From Eledone cirrhosa (lineage: Eukaryota): a DNA stretch of 64,000 bases. The stretch is from the NCBI GenBank assembly GCA_964016885.1, contig OZ024747.1, positions 53,506,001-53,570,000 of the forward strand. The letters run 5' to 3'. Below are positions 50,200-61,059 of this stretch, in pieces; the first letter of the stretch is position 1; each line of letters begins with the position of its first letter. The notes under the pieces were generated by a model. The model saw only the letters and a program-made list of their open reading frames with translations, made no database searches and was not told the DNA's origin. Made by a program: the position numbers and the translations under genes.

Positions 50200-51270
50200 A
50201 TTTTTTACATATTTTTACTGTTCCATTTACTTGTACTTACTATTTACTTGTACTTAACTATTGTACTTCTAATTTCCTTACTAGTCGTATACTTTCTGTT
50301 TCTGTGAAGCCCAGCTTCTCAAGATTCATACTGAAGCAGTTACTGATATATCCCAGTTTCCCAATAATCACAGGTATAAATCTGAAGGTATAGTCAGGGT
50401 GGAGTATCTGTAGATTTCTCATTAGTTCTGCATAGATAGTCTCCTTTTCACTAATCTTTAATATTATATTGGCATCTGCTGGACAGCTAACTTCCATTAC
50501 TGTGCATGCCTTCTTTTCCCTGTCCCATATCATTTTATCTGGTCTGTTATACTTGCATTTTATTGGGGTTTTGACTGGAACATTTCACCATTACTCTTTC
50601 ATATTATGTATATGTATGTCTTCCACATTGCTGTTGCTTTTATTGTTTATTGTCGGGACTATCTTTCCTAAGGACTGCATCATACAGTGTTTTAGTCACT
50701 AGATCATGCCTCATTGGTAGATAGTACCGTGATGACATCTTTGGACAGCTGCTAATGACATGGGTGACATCTTCGATGTTAATTCTGCAGAGTCTGCACT
50801 TGTTGTCACATCTAGGTGTTTTGCCTGCATTCCTATCTCTTTGGTGAATCAGGTATTTTGTGTTGATCCTGTTCTTGGATTGCAAAAGCGTATCCTTCAA
50901 AGTGAGAACCAATATAGCAGTTGTTGGTCCAACATAGACTACTTTGCTTATCTATATTAATATCACTCTGGAGTTCCAGGCAACATATCCATGCATGATT
51001 TTTTTGTTGATAAGCATGCAGTTTTTCATCCATGGATTCACGGCGGTATTATTGGGCAATTTCCCAGGGTATGAGTTTTTGATTATCATGCAGGGAGTAT
51101 CTTTCAAGGAGTTCCTTCCGAACTCTCATAATCTTATCTGTCTCTTGCAGACAGACTTGCCCAATAGATGGGCTCATATTCTTGGAGGTTCATAAATGTT
51201 GTCGGAGAGATATGATGCGACACTTAAATGCTGTCTAGACCGATGTGATTCCTCCATCTCCCTCCTTACA
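50200..51270 (-). mobile_element. Decayed R4/Dong-like RLE non-LTR retrotransposon 3' region
   Basis: FAIQEQ, CCHC knuckle CRLC..EDVTHVISSC, RHDLV, RPD..IWDREKK..MEVSCP..EK..Y..IPVIIGKLG; frameshifted. Confidence 0.75.
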
Positions 51271-51419
51271 TTTATATATCATCATTGTTTAACATCCATT
51301 TCCCATGCTAGCATAGGTTAGAATCATCATAATGTTGGCTGGAACACATAATAGAGTTATAGATATATATATATATATATATATACATTATTATCATTAT
51401 TATAGTGGATTGGCAGTAA

Positions 51420-51608
51420 GGGCGGTGAATTGGCAGTATCGGTAGAGAGTCGGACGCCATGCTTTCCAGCATAGTTACGTCCCTTTACGGTCTGAGTTCA
51501 AATCCCGTCGATGTTAACTTTGCCTTTCATCCTTACGGGGTCGATAAAATAAAGTACCAGTAATGCACTGGGTAATTGCTGGCCTTGTGCCTAAAGTAGA
51601 AACAATTA
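51420..51608 (+). mobile_element. Full-length SINE family 1
   Basis: ggcggtgaattggcagtatcggtagagag..gagttcaaatccc..gtagaaacaattat. Confidence 0.9.
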
Positions 51609-51735
51609 TCATTATTATAGTGATTTAATGTAGTTAGCATTAGGAAATCTATCCTGCCATAGAAACCATGGCAAAATACAACACAAGAACAAGACCTGGT
51701 CTTTTGACTGATACACTCAGCAGTAGCTGGAGGTT

Positions 51736-51845
51736 AACTAGCATCCTGTCCAGGAGGAAGTCTTATACTCTCAGTTGCTTAATGCCAAAATAACTAAAAA
51801 AGGCACCAGCCTGATGAGCTCCTGTGCTTCTGACAGACTTTAATT
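51736..51845 (+). mobile_element. Old SINE central/3' fragment (Nin/Deu-domain-like)
   Basis: actagcatcctgtccaggaggaagt..atactctcagttgctt..ccagcctgatgagc resembles, from memory, widely distributed invertebrate SINE domains. Confidence 0.35.
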
Positions 51846-52781
51846 TTATCTTTTTATATACAAAACTGTGCTATTTAATTTGATATCATTATCATTAAGT
51901 CTACCTTATCTACCTCCACTGTAACCAGCACCACACTCTAGAGATATAGAAATATATTGGACAGTAGATGTGTAATATGTTCAAACAGGGGTGTTGCCCC
52001 CGGGTTAAGGGCCACACCATATTGTTCAGTGAACTATCTACATAACATATGTCTGATTGTTCAGGGCTGTCTTGGAGCTACACAACAACAGCAACAACAA
52101 CAACACGATCTTTATTTAAACAACACTCATCTATATTCCCAATTCCCTTTATCCATCCTCCTTGGTTATCAACAATGTGTTAGAACAAAGCTCTAGATTG
52201 CCAAAATTTGAAGTTGCAGTTAACCTCAACCAAACAGCTGGTATAAACATTTTATGAATGTATTTCTAATAAAATACACTCTATTTCAATTACCTAATGG
52301 AGAATTATGAGGAATGTACTAAAATAATTAATTATTTTACTTCTTAGATAATAAATTTAGCATATGGTTCTTATATAACACTATATTAGAAGATTTTAAT
52401 TTAAATAAAAACCCTTTAAAATGGTTGGTTTTGTTTCATAAGAACAGAACCAGAGTCATTTTTGAATGGATTGGTACCAACAGAATTAAAACCACTAACT
52501 GGATCGTGGCTGCCTTTAGCAGAATCCGATCTGTTCTAAGCATTTGAACAAAGTCTCTGGTTTGACAATACATTCCTCCCACACACCTCCAATAGTTTTG
52601 GAGTCTCAGAAATGAGGTTCAGACTTTCCCCTCCTGTATAATCATTGAAAAAAAAAAACTCTCTTAAAACAATCGTATCTGGCAAGAATTCTCTCATTTC
52701 TTTCTGTTCAAACCGGCTGAAACTGGCTGCACCTTACATCCACTATTGAATCAGTTCATCAGTAAATGTTTTAACAACCCT

Positions 52782-52861
<80 letters not shown>

Positions 52862-52867
<6 letters not shown>

Positions 52868-53345
52868 CATCACCGTTTTACGTCCGTTCTTCCACGCTAG
52901 CATGGGTTAAACGGGTTGTCCTGTTGTGGGCAGTGTCTGGTCGGCTGACCATGCCTTGCTCATACGGGAACTGATTCTGGCTTGATTTCTACAGCTGGAT
53001 GCCCTTCCTAACACCAACCTCATTTACAGTGAGCGCTGGGTGCTTTTTCCCGTGGCGCCTACATGTCCACTTTACAGTGTGGGCTGGGTGCTTTTTGCTG
53101 TGGCACCTCTATGACCACTTTGCAGTGGGAGGATGTGGAGGCATATTGTCTATATACTTCTGCTTTTGCTTGTACCCATGGGGGGTCGGGGTCTTCTGTA
53201 TTACTGCGTGACACCAGAGGTCACGGTCATGTGTCATCGCCTTTGAAAGTTGTAATTGGGTAAGATCGGCTTTTATCACCTCATCCCAGGTCTTCTTGGG
53301 TCTCCCCACTCCGCGGTTTCCATCAACTTCTAGTGCTCAGCACCT
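52862..53345 (-). mobile_element. 5'-truncated RTE LINE (subfamily B) in (TA)n
   Basis: GRPKKTWDEVIKADL plus 3' UTR; close to 10899-11420. Confidence 0.9.
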
Positions 53346-53549
53346 TTTATATATATATATATAGAGAGAGAGAATAGAAAACGAAAAATCAGTGGTGCAT
53401 CTGAACTCAATTTATTGTGTGTTACAATTATTTCGCCGGCGGGCAGCTCGAGATGCGATCATTATGTGGATCTGTCTGATTCTGGACCCACAGGTTTGAC
53501 GGACACGTCTAATGATTTCGGAGCATGTGAGCTTTCCCTCACAAGTGCC

Positions 53550-55560
53550 AAGAAGAAAGCTACGTGGAAGAACCATTATGAAAAATAATGAATGGTGAAA
53601 ATGCATGGGAGAAAGTGACCCTACCCCCAAGTGTACCCTATAAAGTGCCCAGCAATACAAGTCAGCAGCAGTGTAGTAAGTAAGGCAATTAAAAATATGA
53701 AGACTGGGAAAGCAACTGGTCCATCGGGTATAGCTGCCGAGATGCTGAAAGCATCTGGGTCGGTAGTTCACACCATAACCACACGTATTGTTAACCAAGT
53801 AATAGTAAAGGGTGCCATACCAAATGATTGGCATAGCAGCAAAATTTTCAACTGCAGCAAGGATAAAGGAGATGCACTAGAGAGAGGAATCTATAGAGGT
53901 ATAAAGCTGATGGACCGGGTCATGAACGTAACAGAAAAAGTTATAGCACAGCTGATAAGAGAGCTAGTAAATCTAGATGAGATGCAGTTTGGGTTTGTGC
54001 CAGGAAAAAACACCACTAATGCTCTCCTTCTTGTGAGGCAGTTACAGGAAAAGTACCTAGCTAAAAGTAAGCTGCACTACCTGGTATTTGTTGATCTAGA
54101 AAAAGCCTTTGACAGAGTTCCCCGTGCTATAATCTGGTGGGCTTTTAGAAAACTAGGAATTGATGAATGGCTTGTGAAGACTGTACAAGCCATGATGTAT
54201 AGGGAGCAGTCAGCAAAGTTAGGGTTAACAATGACTATAGCAGGGGATTTAGCATACAAGTTGTTGTCCACCAGGGCTCTGTTCTTAGCCCTCTCCTGTT
54301 TATTATAGTATTGCAGGCTATAACAGAGGAGTTTAAGACCTAATGCCATTGGGAGCTTCTATCTGTGGATGATCTTACAGTTATTGCTGAATCTATGGTG
54401 GAACTAGAGAAAAAATTCCAAACATAGAAGCAGAGCCTAGAAAGAAGGGGTCTCAAAGTCAATCTGACAAAGACTAAGGTCCTCATAAGTAGAAAAGAAA
54501 ACAGAACCCAGATCCCCTCAGGGAAATGGCCTTGCCCAGTATGCAGGAAAGATGTAGGTAGAAATTCCATCCTCTGCCCCAAATGTAAACTATGGGTACA
54601 CAAGAGTTGTAGTAGGATCTCAGGAAGTCTAGCTAAGAATGTAGGCTTTACATGTAGCAGTTGCACCAGGATAGTAAGCAGCAAACGACTACAGGAAACA
54701 AGCACTACCAAATTCTGGGAGTGTTTGGTAGAAACAGTAGACAGCTTCTGCTACCTAGGTGACTGAATTAGCAGTGGAAGTGGGTGTTCTGAAATTATAG
54801 TAGCTAGAGTAAGAACAGGATAGAAGAAGTTCAGGGAGTTACTACCACTGCTAGCTGCAAAAGTCTTTTCCTTCCAAATGAAAGGCCGACTGTATGATGC
54901 GTGCATATGAACAGTAATGTTGCATGGAAGTAAAACCTGGACACTGTGTGCAGAAGACTTGCATAGATTAGAAAGAAAGGAAGCTTGCATGCTCCGATGG
55001 ATGTATAACAGTAATATACGTGAACGGCAAAGCGTAAACGAATTGAGAGAGAGACTAAGCATAAAAGGAATCAAATGCTGTGTGCAGGAGATGAGACTAT
55101 ATTGGTATGGACATGTGATGCATATGAAGGATGACAGCTGCATAAAAGGGTGCATAGCACTAAAAGTCGATGGAAGCTTTGGAGCGGGGAGACCCAAGAA
55201 GACCTGGGATGAGGTGATAAAAGCTGATCTTGCCCAATTGCACCTATCAAAGGCGATGACACAGGATCGAGACCTCTGGCATTATGCAGCACTGTCAAGA
55301 GTTTGTGTATGTGTCATGAAAAAAAGCACCTAGTCCACACTGTAAAGTGATCGTGTAGGAGCCATGGTAAAAAACATCCAGTACTCACTGTAAATGAGGT
55401 TGGTGTTAGGAAGGGCATCCAGCTGTAGAAATGAAGCCAAAATCAATTCTGCATGAGTAAGATATGGTCACCTGACTTGGCATTTTCCACAGCAGGACAA
55501 CCCGTCTAACCCATGCTAGTGTGGAAGAATGGACGTAAAATGGTGATGATGAGGATGACG
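53550..55560 (+). pseudogene. Decayed RTE LINE copy (RT, PHD, C-terminus, 3' UTR)
   Basis: MKTGKATGPSGI..FVDLEKAFDRVP..CPVC..SILCPKCKLWVHKSC..FTCSSC..HGSKTW; frameshifts and stops. Confidence 0.92.
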
Positions 55561-55664
55561 AAGATATAGTATATGTGTGTGTGTGTAATCAACCTTGTTG
55601 TTTCTAATCTTTCCTAATCACTGACATCTTTGTGGTAGACCTTAGAACTTATGTCTAAATATAT

Positions 55665-56207
55665 GGAGGCACATGGCTTAGTGGTTAGAGCATTGGGCTT
55701 GCAATCGAAAGGTTGTGAGTTCAATTCTCAGACCGGGTGATGTGTTGTTTCCTTGAGCAAGACACTTTATTTTACATTGCTCCAGTTTACTCAGCTGTAA
55801 AAATGAGATGATAGGGACTGGGGTCCCTATCATTCCACTGCAAAGTGGTCGTGGAGGTGCCACAGCAAAAAAAAGCACCCAACCCACACTGCAAAGTGAA
55901 CGTGTAGGTGCCATGGAAAAATAAAGCACCCAGCCCACACTGCAAAGTGAACGTGTAGGTGCCACGGCAAAAAAAAGCACCCAACCCACACTGTAAAGTG
56001 AACGTGTAGGTGCCACAGAAAAAAAAAGCACCCTGCCCACACTGTAAAGGGCATCCAGCTGTAGAAATCAAGCCAGAATCAGTTCCCATATGAGCAAGAC
56101 AAGGCCAGCTGACCGGACACTGCCCACAACAGGACAACCCGTCTAACCCATGCTAGCGCGGAAGAACGGACGTAAAAACGGTGATGATGATGATGATGAT
56201 GATGATA
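55665..56207 (+). mobile_element. Full-length SINE family 2 (tRNA head, CORE-like domain, RTE 3' UTR with tandem units, (GAT)n)
   Basis: A box tggcttagtggttagagc, B box gagttcaattc, ccttgagcaagacactt..ctcagctgtaaaaatg, four ~50-bp units, RTE terminal hairpin. Confidence 0.9.
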
Positions 56208-56869
56208 TGTATGTGTGTGCATGATTATCTAACAAGTTGCAGTGGAAGGTTAAGGAGGCAGGGGAAGAGAGAAGGAATCAGTTAAGATGTTGTATATGAT
56301 ATATCTTCTCTCATAATCTAGTGAAGCCCCCCCCCACACACACACACCACCACCACTACCCCACCACCACCACCACCACCACTCTCCCCACCACCACTGT
56401 CACCACTACCTTCAGTAATATCATGTTAACAACACATGCAGAATGTATAGAATCATTAGATGACATCAAACAGCCACATCACATCCCATTAACACCTTGT
56501 TACCAGCGTCCCACCCATTGACAAGAAATACCCTTGTACCGTATAGCAGATCCTTGATAAATTCATCTTAAACTATCTGTCAACATCACTGTAACAGTAC
56601 TCCATAGATACCTTGTTACCAACACCCCACTTCATTGGCAGGAAATACCCTTATTCCAGCCATCTCAAAGTATTTCAACATTAGACACAGTAATATCATC
56701 CCATAGAGACCTTGTTAACATTATCACACCCATCAGCAGCAAATACTCTTATTCCACCAATCAGTCCCTTGATAAATCTACCCATAGTGACTGTTAACTG
56801 GAGACACTGTATACCTTAGTGAAAAATTGCTAAGGATATCATACAGCATTAGGCACCTTTATACTTTCT

Positions 56870-57292
56870 ATCATTGCTTCCCTTGACTTTAAGTATTCCT
56901 TCATCATCTTTTCTGTGAAGTTGAGTATTTGTAGATAGGTTTGAGTCACTTCTGCCCAAGTCTTGCTCAGCTTCCTTCCATTGGCTTCACCTGACACTTC
57001 TTCACCCAGTGTTCATCTCACATATTCCTGAATGGTCCATTCTAGTGCAATCTTCTTTAGAGCACATTGCATCCGATTCCACTTATATCTGGTTTTTCTC
57101 TCAGTTCACCATACTTTGTCATCCATGCACATTAACATTACACATCCAATGGAGCATACTCACTTTATTTCTCCCCAGCCTTCACATATTCTATAACATT
57201 CACTCTCCATGTCTCATTGTCATGCAATATTGCATTTTTCACACTAAAACCACATAGTCAGTCTACCCTTTACTCAGAAAGAAAACCCCTTA
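56870..57292 (-). mobile_element. Old RTE remnant
   Basis: Reverse strand retains ttgcatgacaatgagacatgg, ctccattggatgtgtaatgttaatgtg and aagacttgggcagaa. Confidence 0.65.
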
Positions 57293-58047
57293 ATCGTATA
57301 TAGAAACAGTCAAACATTAAGAGAATGAGCACTCAATACATATAGTAAAGTAAAAAATTTACAGTGGCTTCGAAACTCCAGCCATAAATTCACAAAATCC
57401 ACATAAACATATGTGCATATATATCCACACACACAATACAACATGCATAAAAAAACACACACAGATATATCCACACACTCACACACACGTTTCAATATCT
57501 ATGTGTAACCTCAATAATTTATCCTTTAAAAAAATAGGGGACAGATAGGGCTCTCTTTGACCATTACATGTCTTCCTCAATCTAACAAATTAAAAACTTT
57601 TTTAAATAAAAAAAAGCATACAAGAAAAACAACATCAAAACATTTTTTTTCTTATGATTCAGCATTTTTTCATTTTATTTCCATTTTTTATACATTCATA
57701 TTTTATTGTGACACAACCAGATCAAAGTAAACATGCAAAAATATATGCTACAGTGGTTGAGGGGTGTGTATATGGTGTATATATGGTGTGCTTTGTGGGC
57801 AGTAGAAGTGAATGAAATTATGGGCTGGTTTAAAAGTATAATTTGCACTTAAAAATAATAGCAAAGCTTAGTGTGTAGTGTTATGTAAAGGAACATTTCA
57901 TGACAGGATTATTGATGCTTGTTAACAAAATATTAGACATACATATATGTATATATACATATATTTGTACATACATATATATTATATACATATATATTAT
58001 ATACATATATATGTACATACATATATATGTTTATATATATGTGTATA

Positions 58048-58098
<51 letters not shown>

Positions 58099-58138
58099 AA
58101 CATCTACTCACATACACCCACACACTCACATATATATA

Positions 58139-58206
<68 letters not shown>

Positions 58207-58645
58207 GTAGATCACAGAATATATAGCATATACGAGCCAAAAAAAAAAAGAAGAAAAATAAATAAAATTCAATATTAAAAGCAGGAATTAATATCAAAGG
58301 TTGTATGAGAATATAATTTCATATAAAGAACGGCCATTTTCGAAACCATTATATTTAGAATCGCTGTTTGTAAAACACTTTGCATTTTACTAAAAATAAG
58401 CAAAAATAAAAGCAAGTTAAAAATAAAAAAATATAAAACTTAAATGGAAACATAAAAATAATAATGATAATAATAATAATGATGATAAATAATAAATCAT
58501 TATTTACTAAAAGGCATTTTTAGCAATTGGTTAGTGTTTAAGCACTATATTTATTATTTTTTCGTTAAACCCATCTACGTCATATTCACAGCCATTAACA
58601 CAATTTGACTCTAATGGCCTGTTAAAAGATTGCTGCTTGGTTATA

Positions 58646-58680
<35 letters not shown>

Positions 58681-58778
58681 GTTGTTGTTGTTAATATTAT
58701 CAAAAATAACATAGACAAAAGTAAAAAAAGGAAATTATAAAAATAAAAAAATAAAGTAAAATTGAAATCATTATGGTC

Positions 58779-58811
<33 letters not shown>

Positions 58812-59364
58812 GTTACGATTATTATTATCTGTCCTTATGATGTCCCATTCATCTGGAACCCTTGTGGCAAATAAATGAAACTACTACTACTACTACTATA
58901 TTTATTCAGTTGCCATGTTGGATTTTGTAAAAGAATCTCGGCTGTTGTTGGCAAGGCAACAACTTTTAAAACTTTTTTTCGTTTTTTCAAAGATTAGATT
59001 TTATGTTAGTATTTATTTTAACTTTATTTTAGAAGTGTATGTTTGTGAATGTATATGTATTTGGGTGTGTGTATATCTGGGTGTGTGCTTGCGTGTTTTA
59101 GTGGTGGGCTTTTATTTGTATAAAAAAAATCAGCATATCTGTGTATGTGCATGCATATATATGTATCTGTATGTGGGGGGGGGGGCATGTTAGTATGTCT
59201 GTGTGGCCATGTGTGTATGTATATATAGCCTTGTCTGTATATAGGTATATGGTTGGAAGTTGTGCCGAAATGATGAATATTAAATGTTGATATGGCAATG
59301 AATAATAATAGGAAATTGCCATTGTTTTGGGGACAATAACAAGCTAGTTATATACAATTTAGCT

Positions 59365-59800
59365 ATAGCCAATTCTGCCCATGTTTTCCACGGTCAGTTT
59401 TCTCTTCCATCGCTTCCTTTGAGTTGAAATTCCTGGTACTTCTTCACCCCAAACCACGTTTTATTTGGATTTCATGTCATTTCTTTACCAAAGGATCAGC
59501 CTTTATCATTAGTTTATAACAGTGTAGTTTTCTCTTGCACATGACATAAGATTCTTGCACATGACATAAGATTCCTTTTCTGCCCTGTTTCTTCCTCAGC
59601 TCATTGGTACTTTGTCAGAAATGCATACAAAATTTACAGATCCAGTTGAGCATGTTTGATTCATTTCTTCCAAGCTTCCACACATTTTTATTTTCAATGT
59701 TTATGTCTTGCTTGCGTACAACATTTCTCAATGTTCACAAGCATCATACAATTTATTATTTGCTTAGTGTAAAATCTATCTAACTCCAGCTGAGGTAATA
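59365..59800 (-). mobile_element. Very old RTE remnant
   Basis: Reverse strand gggtgaagaagtaccagga (WVKKCQE-like) and ggaaaacatgggcagaa (KTWAE). Confidence 0.55.
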
Positions 59801-60768
59801 TCTTCCCAAAATGTTATTAACCTCTTCTTATTAAAATTACTTTAAAATTAGCACATATTTCTTATCATTTTTTAAACACCATTGTCTTTCTCATAAACTA
59901 AAAAAAATTGATTGGATTTTCCAATTAATTTAAGTCTTTCAAAGAGAACACAACTGATACTACTTCAGTGTCTATGATACAAAGACATTGCTTTTTAATT
60001 GTCCATGTCTAAATTATAACATTCCAGCATAATTTTATGTAGGAATCATTTGTTATGTTTCAGATATGAAATTTATGATAAAAATAAATACTATATCAAG
60101 TGTTACCAAATTCTTGATTATTTTGAAAATTAATTAAAATGTTAACGAATCTCATGAGAATTATAATCATGAAAGTGTCACAGGGGCTGCAGAAGAAAAA
60201 ATGTTAAGTGGAAAGGTTACCAGTGACAGCACTGCAAAAAAATGAATCATTTTGTATCATTAAACACGTTTTCGAGATTGCGAATCCACTATGATCCCTC
60301 TCTCTAGGGCTTTACATGTAATCCTAATAAAGGTGGATGTCAGGTGCTATGCCATACAAACAGTGATCTGTGTTTGGTCCAAAACAACTTATTTCCATGT
60401 TGGGATCTTATTCCCTGAATCTAGAGCTGGTCCTCTTATCTGCCATTTGGAGACCCAGTAGGAATGAGTTCCTCTCCTGATACTTCTAGAACAAGTCACC
60501 CTTTGGCTGATGGTAACACTCCAATGATGATAGATAGAGGACAGTCTTTGAGATCAACGAAGATGATCACCAAGTTCACTAAATGTACCACTACGAACAT
60601 ATACAGAGCTGGTGACCATAGATCTCATTATGCTACAGTGACAGTCAAATATTGATGATCAGAGGAAAATCCCTGAAAGTCAATGACAAAGATCACTAAG
60701 TCCCTGAAGTATATCACAGCTAATAACTATAGACTTAGCAAACATATTTGTTACCAAAAACATTTTAA

Positions 60769-60978
60769 CCTTTCAGCATTTAAACCAGCCAAATCCGGTC
60801 AGAATTCTCTCACCACATTCTGTTCAAACTGGCTGTAACCAGCCATTCATAATGATGTTGAGCTATTGTTCTCAAAATAAATAGTATCAAAGTCTCATAA
60901 ATTCGATATTATTTGGGATATTTATGTGAGGTAAAGCAGGTACCATGAAAATACAATAGTAATGTAAATACTAAAGGA
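60769..60978. mobile_element. piggyBac-type MITE (same family as 31894-32113)
   Basis: TTAA|CCTTTCAGCATTTA...TAAAGGA|TTAA; shared aaaccagccaaa.ccgg.cagaattctct interior. Confidence 0.7.
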
Positions 60979-61059
60979 TTAAATGACACATATAAATGTG
61001 AGGATCTTTGACTTGATATATTATTTTGTATAATACTGAATCAATATCTATAGAGTATA

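Noticed and set aside
55665-55740. tRNA gene (TGC anticodon-like loop)
   Set aside because: No proper acceptor stem or terminator; it continues into SINE body and LINE tail.
60308-60418. EGF-like peptide CNPNKGGCQVLC after an acceptor-like ctctctag
   Set aside because: The remaining cysteine spacing does not complete an EGF module and the frame stops after 36 codons.
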